Shown here: positions 54,323-63,386 of the stretch, in pieces
How positions within the stretch are numbered: the stretch's first letter is position 1
How the letters are laid out: each line of letters opens with the position of its first letter
Origin: Opitutales bacterium
Lineage (GTDB): Bacteria > Verrucomicrobiota > Verrucomicrobiia > Opitutales > JBHJGM01
Direction: 5' to 3'
Length of the DNA: 64,000 bases
Assembly (NCBI GenBank): GCA_050331595.1
Contig: JBHJGQ010000024.1
Coordinates: 72,684 to 136,683, forward strand
Position numbers and translations under genes: made by a program
Notes under the pieces: generated by a model
What the model saw: the letters and a program-made list of their open reading frames with translations, nothing else
Told to the model about the DNA's origin: nothing
Database searches by the model: none

Positions 54323-57300
54323 ATGAACGCAAACCGAAAGACCACGATGTCTCTTGCCGCTACGCTCGCCTGGTTCGGTGCCTTCGCCTATGGAGCAGAC
54401 CAGCAGACAGCCGCAGAGCACGTTTTGCCCCCCGAGTGGGAGGCACAAGTCTCGCGCGGACCGTCTCTGGAAGACCAGATGGCCGCCGCCAACGCCGCTG
54501 CGCAACCCGCCGCCGAAGGCAACGCCAACGATTTGATCGAAGGCTTCCTCGACGAAAACGCCGCCATCCACTCCGTCGACGAACTCGACGAAAGTGCCGA
54601 CACCGGTGCCGCCGCCAGCCTCATCGATCAGTTCCTCGCCGAAAATGCCGTCGGTGACGTCGTGGTCGACGTCTCTGCCGAAACCTCCGGCGATGCCGGC
54701 GACGTCGTCACGGTCAGCCCGCTCAACGACGACCTCGCTCTGGACACGCCCGACGACACGCAGCCGCGCATCGTCATTGGCGACCTTGAGGTGACCGACA
54801 TCAACGGCGCGTCCACCCAGGATCCGCTCTTTGAGACGTCCGCCGAAGACGACATCGTCGTCATCGAAGACTTTGAACTCGAACTCGACGACGACGCGCT
54901 CGTCGTGGAATCCACGCCCGAGCCCGCTTCGGCAGAAACCAGCGGTTTCGACACCAGCGCCTACAACAGCTTCGTTGTGGCCGAGGAAGAGATCGCTACC
55001 GACGGCGACCTGGAGCTGATCGACATCGACGCCGAGCCCGTCGAGATCGCCTCCGAGCCTATCGCCACGACCGAGCCCATCGAGATCGCAGACGTCAACG
55101 CCGAGGACCTTGCCGAGGAAATCGAATTCATCGCCGTGGACGATCTCGGCGAATCTGAAACTTTTGCCGAGCCCACGCAGCCCGTTGAAAAAGACTTCGC
55201 CTGGGTCGATGCCGCCGGTGAGACCAACATCGCCGAGGAAACCGAACTCTCCGATGACGTCTGGATCGACGAAGCGGACAGCTTTGCCTCCGACGACAGC
55301 GAAAGCCTCGAAGACGGCTTTGTTGCCATCGTTGGCGACGTGGACGGCTCCAGCGAAGCCGCTGAAGTGACCGAAATTAAGGAAGTGACCGAGCTTGTCG
55401 AAACCGTCGACGTCGACGAGTCCAGCTACCTCGACAGGACCGAATCTGCCGACCCCGAAGCCTTCGACGACTCCTTTGCCGAAGCGAGCTTCGAGCCCGC
55501 CGAAGAAGCCCCGATTGAAACGACCGACGTCGAAGATCCGTTCGAAGTCGCCGAGACCGTTGAAGAACCTGCCGAATTTGTCGACACCGACGCCTCCGAC
55601 GGCGCGTTTGTCAGCTTCCCGGTGGACGAGGGTACCGGCGGCGGTGAGTTCGTCTCCATCGAAGACGACGGCTCGGTGGTGCCGCTGGACGGCCTCACCA
55701 GCGTCGACGACGAATACCTTTTGGACGACACGGCCAACACCGTCAGCATCGACGCCATCGACCTGGACGCCCTTGGCGATGACGCCGACACCGTCAGCTT
55801 CGATGAATCCGGCGTCGATGGCCTGAACACCTTTGATGTCGACGGCGACAGTGGCGTGAGCCCGGCCTTCGACATCGACGGCGCGGCCACGACCGAAATC
55901 AGCGAAATCTCCGCCGTAGACGTGGAAATGCCTTCTCTGGCTGAGATCGACCTGGACTACGGCGACAGCATCGCCCCCGAGCCCGGTGGCGCTTCGCCTG
56001 GCTCGGTCGAGGACGACGTCATCGACCTCGTCGACTTCCCCGACCAAGAAATCCGCGCCATCATCCGCGACGTGGCCGACCTCTTCGACCTGAACGTGGT
56101 CATCCCCGACTCGCTGGTGGGCCGCACCTCGCTCAAGCTGCGCGAAGTCACCTGGCGCCAGGTCTTCCAGGTTGTGCTCGAGCCGGCCGGCTTCACCTAC
56201 ATCGAGGACGGAAACATCATCAAGATCAAGAGCGTCAATGAACTTGAGCGCGAACCCGTCGCCACGCGCGTCTACTTGATCAACTTCGCCGACGCCTCCT
56301 CCCTGCAGGGTTCGCTGACCCCGTTGATCGAGACCGCCGCCGGTGGCCGCATTCAGGTCGCCCGCCGCACCAACGCGCTCATCATCACCGAGCGTCCCTC
56401 GCGCATGAACGACATTCAGGAGGTCATCGAACGCCTCGACCGCCCGACCGCCCAGGTCATGATCGAAGCCAAGTTCATCGACGTCTCCGACACCAACGAC
56501 AAGAACCTCGGCCTGGACTGGTCGTCCATCGACAACATCGAGATCGGCAACTTCGACGGCCTGTACCAGGCCAGCGACGGGGCCGGGCCCGACGGTGTCT
56601 TCTCCGCCGCGCCCACGGGTGCCTTGACCACGGTAATGTCCGCGCCCGAGTTCAACGTCGTCCTGCGCGCGCTCAAGCGCAACAACAACGCCCGCCTCAT
56701 CTCCAACCCCACCGTGGTGGCGATGAACAACACCCGCGCGCTCATCAACATCTCCGAGGAATTCCCGATTCCCGAGTTCACCTTCAACGAAGAGCGCGGC
56801 ACCTTTGAGGTCAGCGGCTTTGAGTACCGCCCGATCGGTATTCTGCTGGACGTGCTCCCGCAGGTGAACTCCGCCGGCTTCATCAACTTGACCATCATCC
56901 CCGAGATCAGCTCGACGGAGGAATCGGTCAACTTCAGCGGCGGTTCCGGCACCTCTACCGAGATTCCGATCATCGACACGCGCAAGACCGACACGACGGT
57001 TATCCTCAAGGACGGCTACACCCTCGCCATCGGCGGGTTGATGGAAGACCGCGAGAGCAGCCTCACCCGCAAACTCCCGATCTTCGGCGACATCCCGCTG
57101 GCCGGTCGCTTGTTCCGCGCCGATGAAGTCAGCCGCACCAAGCGCAACCTGATCATCTTCGTCACCGCCCGCACCCTCAACCCGGACGGCACCAGCTACG
57201 AGGAAATCATCGACCCGCGTCGCCTTTACGAGATGGGCGTCGACGAGCGTGACATCCCTGGGTACACCATCCCCGAGGAGGAACGCGCCGTCTATGAGGA

Positions 57301-57469
57301 ACTGCGCCGACTGCGTTCGGAAATGCGGGCCCGCGAAGCTCATCAGCGCATCGAGGCCGAACTGGCCGTCGAGGCAGGCTTCACCTCCGTGGCCGATGAA
57401 GACCTCGACGAGGACGGCGACGCCATCTCCTCCAGCGGTTACCAGCGCGGCTTTGGCGTGCGGCGCTAG
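54323..57469 (+). CDS. pilQ: PilQ/GspD-family outer-membrane secretin with giant acidic N-terminal region
   Basis: Track ORF of 1048 aa. The signal peptide is ...LAWFGAFAYG/ADQ. Secretin N-domains include RTNALIITERPSRMNDIQEVIERLDRP and VMIEAKFIDVS. The C-domain includes LPIFGDIPLAGRLFR...KRNLIIFVTARTLNP. Confidence 0.9.
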   Translation: MNANRKTTMSLAATLAWFGAFAYGADQQTAAEHVLPPEWEAQVSRGPSLEDQMAAANAAAQPAAEGNANDLIEGFLDENAAIHSVDELDESADTGAAASLIDQFLAENAVGDVVVDVSAETSGDAGDVVTVSPLNDDLALDTPDDTQPRIVIGDLEVTDINGASTQDPLFETSAEDDIVVIEDFELELDDDALVVESTPEPASAETSGFDTSAYNSFVVAEEEIATDGDLELIDIDAEPVEIASEPIATTEPIEIADVNAEDLAEEIEFIAVDDLGESETFAEPTQPVEKDFAWVDAAGETNIAEETELSDDVWIDEADSFASDDSESLEDGFVAIVGDVDGSSEAAEVTEIKEVTELVETVDVDESSYLDRTESADPEAFDDSFAEASFEPAEEAPIETTDVEDPFEVAETVEEPAEFVDTDASDGAFVSFPVDEGTGGGEFVSIEDDGSVVPLDGLTSVDDEYLLDDTANTVSIDAIDLDALGDDADTVSFDESGVDGLNTFDVDGDSGVSPAFDIDGAATTEISEISAVDVEMPSLAEIDLDYGDSIAPEPGGASPGSVEDDVIDLVDFPDQEIRAIIRDVADLFDLNVVIPDSLVGRTSLKLREVTWRQVFQVVLEPAGFTYIEDGNIIKIKSVNELEREPVATRVYLINFADASSLQGSLTPLIETAAGGRIQVARRTNALIITERPSRMNDIQEVIERLDRPTAQVMIEAKFIDVSDTNDKNLGLDWSSIDNIEIGNFDGLYQASDGAGPDGVFSAAPTGALTTVMSAPEFNVVLRALKRNNNARLISNPTVVAMNNTRALINISEEFPIPEFTFNEERGTFEVSGFEYRPIGILLDVLPQVNSAGFINLTIIPEISSTEESVNFSGGSGTSTEIPIIDTRKTDTTVILKDGYTLAIGGLMEDRESSLTRKLPIFGDIPLAGRLFRADEVSRTKRNLIIFVTARTLNPDGTSYEEIIDPRRLYEMGVDERDIPGYTIPEEERAVYEELRRLRSEMRAREAHQRIEAELAVEAGFTSVADEDLDEDGDAISSSGYQRGFGVRR

Positions 57470-57502
57470 ACGCGCGCGAGGTCCTTGGACCTTGAACCTT
57501 TC

Positions 57503-57531
57503 AAACGGCAGCGTAAGCTGCCGTTTTTTTT
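57503..57531 (+). terminator. Rho-independent terminator after the secretin gene
   Basis: AAACGGCAGC-GTAA-GCTGCCGTTT forms a 10-bp stem with a GNRA loop. It runs into an 8-T tract ending at 57531. Confidence 0.8.
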
Positions 57532-58908
57532 ATGACCGGTCTCGAGAAACCCGCGCGTCGCGCGTCCCTTCACACGCTTGGCTGCCGCCTCAACCAGTCC
57601 GAAACGCGGCTGCTCGAGGACCAGCTACGCGCGGCCGGGTACCGGATCGTGCCCTTTGGTCAACCCGCCGATCTGGGCGTCATCAACACCTGCACCGTCC
57701 CCGCCCAGGCCGACCTGAAGTGCCGCTACGAGATCCGTCGCTTCCGCCGTCGTAACCCGCAGGCCTTTCTGGCGGTGATCGGCTGCTACGCCGAAAGCGG
57801 GTACCGTGTCCTCAGCGCCATCGACGGCATCGACCTCATCCTCGGCAACCGTGACAAGCTGAACCTGCTGGACTACCTGGGTGACGGCACGCGCAACCCG
57901 GCCCCCGTGCTCATTCGCCAGCGGCTCGACCGCGACGACTTCACCATCCCCTTGGCCGGCGACGCACCCTTCCCGCAACGCGTCAACCTCAAGGTTCAGG
58001 ACGGGTGCGACTTTGTCTGCGGTTTTTGCATCATCCCGCGCGTGCGTGGCCCCGCCCGCAGCCGCGACTGGCAGGACCTCCTTGTCGAAGCCCGGCAACT
58101 GGTCCGACGCGGCGTGCGCGAACTCGTCCTGACCGGCGTCAACATCGGCACGTATTCAAGCCACGGATACGATATCGTGGCGTTGGTGGACGCCCTCGAC
58201 GCCCTTGATGGCCTCTGGCGCATCCGCATCAGCAGCATCGAGCCCACCACCGTGCCCGATGCCCTGCTCGATCGCATGGCCGCTGCGGACCACTGTCTCC
58301 AGCCCTATCTGCACTTGCCGCTGCAGGCCGGCTGCGACCGCATCCTGCGCGAGATGCGCCGCCGGTATTCACTTTCCGAATACGAGGAATTTGCCCGGCA
58401 GGCCGTGGCCCGCGTCCCCGATCTCTGTCTGGGCACCGACATCCTCGTGGGGCACCCGGGTGAGTCCGACGAGGACTTTGCCGCCACCTGCGCGTTCTTC
58501 CTGCGCCTGCCCTTTGCCTACGCCCACGTCTTCACTTACTCCGAGCGCGAACGCACTTTGGCCGCCCGCCGCACCGACTCTGTCCCCACCGTCGAGCGCC
58601 AGCGCCGTAGCGCTCGGCTTCGCTCCATCGCTACGCGCCAGCGCCAGCTCTGGAATGCCCAATTCATTGGCTGCGAGATGGATGTCCTCATCGAGGACCC
58701 TCAACCCGACGCTCTCTGCGGCTACACGGCCAACTACATCCGGGTGGCCACGCCCCTGCCGCCCACTCCAGTGAACTGGCGCAACCGCCTGGCGCGCGTG
58801 AAACTCTCCCGTACCGTCGGCGAGTTCGTCGAGGCCGACCTGCTTGGCCTGCACGAGTCAGGAGCACCCGTCTCAACTGCCGGACTTCTTGCCGGAGCCG
58901 CCGTCTGA
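57532..58908 (+). CDS. mtaB: tRNA t6A37 methylthiotransferase MtaB-like radical SAM enzyme
   Basis: Track ORF of 458 aa. The MTTase N-domain has SLHTLGCRLNQSE. The radical-SAM cluster is CDFVCGFCIIP. The C-terminal region is TRAM-like. Confidence 0.8.
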   Translation: MTGLEKPARRASLHTLGCRLNQSETRLLEDQLRAAGYRIVPFGQPADLGVINTCTVPAQADLKCRYEIRRFRRRNPQAFLAVIGCYAESGYRVLSAIDGIDLILGNRDKLNLLDYLGDGTRNPAPVLIRQRLDRDDFTIPLAGDAPFPQRVNLKVQDGCDFVCGFCIIPRVRGPARSRDWQDLLVEARQLVRRGVRELVLTGVNIGTYSSHGYDIVALVDALDALDGLWRIRISSIEPTTVPDALLDRMAAADHCLQPYLHLPLQAGCDRILREMRRRYSLSEYEEFARQAVARVPDLCLGTDILVGHPGESDEDFAATCAFFLRLPFAYAHVFTYSERERTLAARRTDSVPTVERQRRSARLRSIATRQRQLWNAQFIGCEMDVLIEDPQPDALCGYTANYIRVATPLPPTPVNWRNRLARVKLSRTVGEFVEADLLGLHESGAPVSTAGLLAGAAV

Positions 58909-59127
58909 GTCCTGACCCGGAAAGGGCGTGTCAGTTGCCTTGCGCCGGTTGGCTTCCTTGATCTTCTCGGCCTCGAATTCCGCTTTTTCGTCAGGCGTTT
59001 CTTGTTCAAAGCCGTGCACGTGCGCGGTCTCGCTGGGCGTGGTCAGCACTTTAAAGATGCACCAGAGAAAGAGCAGTGTCACCCCGCCCACGGAAAGCAC
59101 CAAGATGATCAGCCCACCCGTGGTCAT
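58873..59127 (-). CDS. Small single-TM protein coupled to the NSS transporter (MetS-like small subunit candidate)
   Basis: Track ORF of 84 aa: MTTGGLIILVLSVGGVTLLFLWCIFKVL... followed by a charged tail. Its ATG overlaps the transporter stop (ATGA). Confidence 0.5.
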   Translation of the reverse strand: MTTGGLIILVLSVGGVTLLFLWCIFKVLTTPSETAHVHGFEQETPDEKAEFEAEKIKEANRRKATDTPFPGQDSDGGSGKKSGS

Positions 59128-60977
59128 GCGTCGCCCCCGCGTTCACCCACCGGGTTGTGCACGTTTTTGAAAAAGCGCGACCGCGCCACCGACACCACCA
59201 CGAAGAGAATCACCAGCGCAATAATCCCCACGCCGTACCAGGCAATCGGATTGGTCTCGATGATTTGACCATTGGCCTTCACCCCCCCGACCAGGTCGGT
59301 GATATAGGCCTTGGGGGCCTGGGTCCACCACTGCATGCTCGCGGGCAAAAACGCCTTCAGCACCGAAAAGAGCACGTCGCGCAGCAGCCACAACATCAGG
59401 ATTGTGACCAGAAACAGCGGCGTCACCCACTTCATGAAAAACGCGAAAATGCCGGGAATGCGGATGGTCGCCCCCTGATGCGCCTCCTCCAGCCCGCGCT
59501 CCACGCCCAGCGTCCAGCCAAAGATCACCATTTGCAGTGTGGCCAGGCTCACCATCAGCAGGTTCGTCACCCAAAAGTCGACCGTGTCCAGACCCTTCAA
59601 CCCTTCGCTGGCCCAGACCATGAAGCCGCAGCCCAGCGCGGTAATCACCCCCAGCAGCGCCACCGATTGCTTGCGCCCGATTCCGTAGGCCTCTTCCACA
59701 AACGCGATGCCCGGCTGCAACATCGACAACGAACTCGTCACCGCCGCCAGGAACAGCAGGAAGAAAAACAACGCGCCGAAAAATTCCCCGGCAGGCATCT
59801 GCGAAAACACCATCGGCAGCACGTTGAAGCCCAGCGCGAAGCTCGAGGTGATGTACCCGGCGATCCCCGCCGCGCCCAAAAACACAAAGGCCGCCGGAAT
59901 CGTGATCAACCCTCCCAAGCCGACTTCGCAAAACTCGTTGGCGCTCGACGCGGCCAGGCCACTCAGGACCACATCGTCCTTGCGGTCCATGTAGCTCGAG
60001 TAGGTGATGATCACGCCAAAGCCGATCGACAGCGAAAAGAAGATCTGCGAGGCCGCCGCAATCCACAGGCTCGGATTGGCCATCTGCTCCAGAAACGATC
60101 GCGTGTAGAGCCGAAAGCGCTCGGGCTGTGCAGACGCCTTCGCGGCAGTGTTCAACGCGCCAACTTCCGCGCGCTTGGCCTCGATGAAGTCCGCCCCGAC
60201 GATCTCCTCCACGTCGCTCCATGCCTGCACCTTGCGCTCGCCGTCCTCGGTCTCCGTCAGCACGCCGGTTTGCAGCACCACTTTGTCGGGGTTCCACATG
60301 TAGCCTAGCCCGTTGGCGATGCTTTGCTCGGGGTGGTCTGCCGGCGGCGACAGCGTCAGCACGCGCACCAGGATGATCACCGCCAGCACGATCAACAGCG
60401 GCAACGCGTACTTGCAGAAGAACTCAATTCCCTTGCTGATGCCGCGGTAGATCAGGAAAAAATTCAGCAGAAAACTCAGCAGCAGGAAAACGCCCACCTG
60501 CTCGATCCCAAAGCCCACCGCCGCGCCGTTTTGCTCGATGCCGACAAACGCCCCAAACCACTCACCCGCGGCGTCGGCTGTCTCAAAATCCAGGTTGCCC
60601 AGCGCAAAATTCGTCGCGTAACCCAGGCACCACGCTTCGATGTAAACGTAGTACGTGTAGATCGTTACCGGAACGACCACGCCGATCACGCCCACCCATT
60701 TGCCCCACTTGCGCCGCGTAACGGCGGCCAGGATCGCGGGGGAGGAGTTGAAGCCGTAGCGCCCGCCGCGCCGGCCCATCGTCCACTCCGCCCAGCAGGT
60801 GGGCAGACCGATGATCAGCAGCGAAATGAAGTAGGCCAGCATGAAGGCCCCGCCACCGTATTCGGCCACCAGGCCCGGGAAGCGCAGGAAGTTACCCAGC
60901 CCGACCGCGCTGCCGGCCACCGCCAGAATGACCCCGATGCGCGAGTCCCACGACTCTGTGCCCTGTGCTCCAGCCAT
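59124..60977 (-). CDS. Sodium-dependent transporter, neurotransmitter:sodium symporter (SNF/NSS) family
   Basis: Track ORF of 617 aa: RIGVILAVAGSAVGLGNFLRFPGLVAEYGGGAFMLAYF...GLPTCWAEWTMGR. Confidence 0.93.
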   Translation of the reverse strand: MAGAQGTESWDSRIGVILAVAGSAVGLGNFLRFPGLVAEYGGGAFMLAYFISLLIIGLPTCWAEWTMGRRGGRYGFNSSPAILAAVTRRKWGKWVGVIGVVVPVTIYTYYVYIEAWCLGYATNFALGNLDFETADAAGEWFGAFVGIEQNGAAVGFGIEQVGVFLLLSFLLNFFLIYRGISKGIEFFCKYALPLLIVLAVIILVRVLTLSPPADHPEQSIANGLGYMWNPDKVVLQTGVLTETEDGERKVQAWSDVEEIVGADFIEAKRAEVGALNTAAKASAQPERFRLYTRSFLEQMANPSLWIAAASQIFFSLSIGFGVIITYSSYMDRKDDVVLSGLAASSANEFCEVGLGGLITIPAAFVFLGAAGIAGYITSSFALGFNVLPMVFSQMPAGEFFGALFFFLLFLAAVTSSLSMLQPGIAFVEEAYGIGRKQSVALLGVITALGCGFMVWASEGLKGLDTVDFWVTNLLMVSLATLQMVIFGWTLGVERGLEEAHQGATIRIPGIFAFFMKWVTPLFLVTILMLWLLRDVLFSVLKAFLPASMQWWTQAPKAYITDLVGGVKANGQIIETNPIAWYGVGIIALVILFVVVSVARSRFFKNVHNPVGERGGDA

Positions 60978-61085
60978 TCGTAACTGTGCCTATCCAAGGG
61001 GCTTAGGGAACGGGGGCGAGAAAAAAGTGGTCCGCGCACCTTTTGTCCTTCGCTCCGCCCGGAGATTTGCGCCAACCTTTTACCC

Positions 61086-62210
61086 ATGCTGCGGCTGCAC
61101 GACCGCTACGTCTTCATCGAGTGGCTGAAGGCCTTCTGCATGGCCATCGCGCTCACGCTGATGGTCCTGCTCATCGAGGACCTCAACGACGACCTGCCCG
61201 ACTTCTTGAACTGGGAGGCCAGCCTGGGCCAAATTCTCGGGTACTATGCGCGGCTCATCCCTACCTTCCTGCCAACCATCCTGCCGCTCTCGTTGCTGCT
61301 CTCGCTGCTGTTCACTCTGGGCAATCTCCACCGCAACTACGAGATCATCGCCCTGCGCTCGGCCGGGATGAGCCTGCTCACCATCACCCGTTCACTCTGG
61401 CTGGCGGGGCTGCTGCTGTCCGCGCTTGCCTTTTACTTGAACGCCACCCTCGTGCCGGCCTTTGTCGAAGACACCCGCCAGATCCGCCGCGATCTCCAAT
61501 ACGCCAAGGAAGCCCGCGAACGCCCCGCCGAGGACATCGGGCTGATCGGTCAGCTCACCTTCGACAACCGCGTCGAAAATCGCCGCTGGTTCATGGAGAA
61601 CTTCAGCGACTTTCGCCAGCGTGCCCGCGGCGTGAACGTCTACTTCTACGACGAAAACGGGCGCGAACAGCGTCGGCTCGTGGCGAGCGAAGCCTACTAC
61701 GATCCCTACGCCGGCCACTGGTTTTTTCAGGAAGGGCGCGACGTGCGCTTCGACCCCCTGGAAGGCGAGGCAACCTTCGCGCCGTGGTTTGGCCGCTTCC
61801 CGGCCACCCCCGTGCCGGAGCTGACCGAGCGCCCCGAGACGATGCTGCTGCTCAGCCGGCCGCCCCGCGACCTCTCTTTAATCGAGATCCGCCGCCTGCT
61901 CGAACGCATCCCTCTGGAAAACAGCGAGCAAATGCGCCCCTATGCCGTGCGCTATCATACCGTCCTTGCCGGTTCGCTGACTTGCCTGGCCGCCGTAGGC
62001 ATCGCCATCCCCTTTGCCGTCGCCGGCGTTCGCACCAACCCGCTGGTCGGCGTCTCCAAGTCCATCGGCCTGTTTTTCGTCTTCTTCATCATTGCCAACG
62101 TGGCCACCATGCTGGGCGAGCAGGCACACCTCGGCCCCGTCGTTGCGGCCTGGCTGCCGGTCGGCCTGGTTTTTCTGCTGGCCGCCTGGCTCCAGCGCCG
62201 CGCAATCTGA
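61086..62210 (+). CDS. LptF/LptG-family LPS export permease
   Basis: Track ORF of 374 aa: MLRLHDRYVFIEWLKAFCMAIALTLMVLLIEDL... It has a central periplasmic domain and C-terminal TM helices. Confidence 0.85.
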   Translation: MLRLHDRYVFIEWLKAFCMAIALTLMVLLIEDLNDDLPDFLNWEASLGQILGYYARLIPTFLPTILPLSLLLSLLFTLGNLHRNYEIIALRSAGMSLLTITRSLWLAGLLLSALAFYLNATLVPAFVEDTRQIRRDLQYAKEARERPAEDIGLIGQLTFDNRVENRRWFMENFSDFRQRARGVNVYFYDENGREQRRLVASEAYYDPYAGHWFFQEGRDVRFDPLEGEATFAPWFGRFPATPVPELTERPETMLLLSRPPRDLSLIEIRRLLERIPLENSEQMRPYAVRYHTVLAGSLTCLAAVGIAIPFAVAGVRTNPLVGVSKSIGLFFVFFIIANVATMLGEQAHLGPVVAAWLPVGLVFLLAAWLQRRAI

Positions 62211-62213
62211 TCC

Positions 62214-63386
62214 ATGGTCCGTACTTCCGCTTCCTCCCCGGCTCTGAAACTGCGCGGGGGCTCCCGTCATCGCGTCCTGCAGGGGCACCCTTGGGTCTTT
62301 GGCAACGAGATCGCCGACGGCTTCCAACTCGGCGCACGCTTCGATGGCCAGGGGATTGAGCTGCGCGACGCCAGCGGACGTTCGCTCGGCATGGGGCTGT
62401 ATAATAGCCAGTCGCAGATCGTGTGGAGACGCTACAGCCGCACCGTGGAAGCCTTCGACGCGCTGCTCCTGCGCGAACGCCTCCAAACATCCATCAAGCG
62501 CCGCCACAACGCGCCCTTCGCCCGCCTGGTTTGGAGCGAAGCCGACGGCTTGCCCGGCCTGGTGGTCGATCGCTTTGAGGCCATCCTCGTCGTGCAATTG
62601 CTGACCCTCGGCATGGACCGGCAGCGCGAGGCCATTGCGCAGGCCCTCTCCGAAATCTGTCAGCCCGAGGAGATCCTTTTCCGCAACGATGCCCCCTCGC
62701 GCGCTCTCGAGGGCCTGCCGCTGCACGTCAGCACGCACTCGGGCCGCACGGTCGAGCCTGCCTGGTACAGGATCGACGGCATCGAGTATCGCCTCGATCT
62801 GCACGCGGGTCAGAAGACCGGCTTTTACCTCGACCAACGTGAGCAGCACCCGCTCGTGGCCACCTACGCGAACGCTCGTCGCGTGCTGGATGGCTGCTGC
62901 AACCAGGGGGCGTTTGCCCTGCATTGCGCGCGTGCGGGCGCCTCCAGCGTCCTTGGTATCGACTCCGCCAAGCCGGCCCTCGATGCCTCGCTCGCCAACG
63001 CCGCGCGCAACGAACTCCCCGCCGAATTCCTGCACGCCAATCTCTTCGACTGGTTCAACGCCAATCGCGAGGCACGCTTCGATCTGGTCGTGCTGGACCC
63101 GCCGTCGTTCGCGCGCAACCGGCGCGTCATCGAGGGTGCGTTGCGCGGTTACAAGGAGCTGAACCTGCGCGCGTTTCAATCACTCGATCCGGGCGGCATC
63201 CTGGCCACCTACTGTTGCTCGCAGCATGTCGATGCTCACACCTTCGAAGCGGTGGTGACCGAAGCCGCCGCCGATGCCGGTCGCGAACCTCGCCTGCTCC
63301 ACCGCACCGAAGCCCCCGCAGACCATCCCGTTCTGCTGACGATGCCGGAAAGCCGCTACCTCAAGGGCTTCATCGTCGAGGTCTGA
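62214..63386 (+). CDS. rlmI: PUA-domain class I SAM-dependent rRNA (cytosine-C5) methyltransferase, RlmI-like
   Basis: Track ORF of 390 aa: RHRVLQGHPWVFGNEI, GQKTGFYLDQRE, VLDGCCNQGAFAL, VVLDPPSFAR. Confidence 0.85.
   Translation: MVRTSASSPALKLRGGSRHRVLQGHPWVFGNEIADGFQLGARFDGQGIELRDASGRSLGMGLYNSQSQIVWRRYSRTVEAFDALLLRERLQTSIKRRHNAPFARLVWSEADGLPGLVVDRFEAILVVQLLTLGMDRQREAIAQALSEICQPEEILFRNDAPSRALEGLPLHVSTHSGRTVEPAWYRIDGIEYRLDLHAGQKTGFYLDQREQHPLVATYANARRVLDGCCNQGAFALHCARAGASSVLGIDSAKPALDASLANAARNELPAEFLHANLFDWFNANREARFDLVVLDPPSFARNRRVIEGALRGYKELNLRAFQSLDPGGILATYCCSQHVDAHTFEAVVTEAAADAGREPRLLHRTEAPADHPVLLTMPESRYLKGFIVEV

Noticed and set aside
54311-57343. 1010-aa ORF antisense to the secretin gene.
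   Set aside because: This is a shadow ORF. Its translation is low-complexity (G/V/D/F runs) with no signal peptide or domains. The plus strand carries unmistakable secretin motifs. The GAC/GAG/GCC-rich sense codons simply lack antisense stops.
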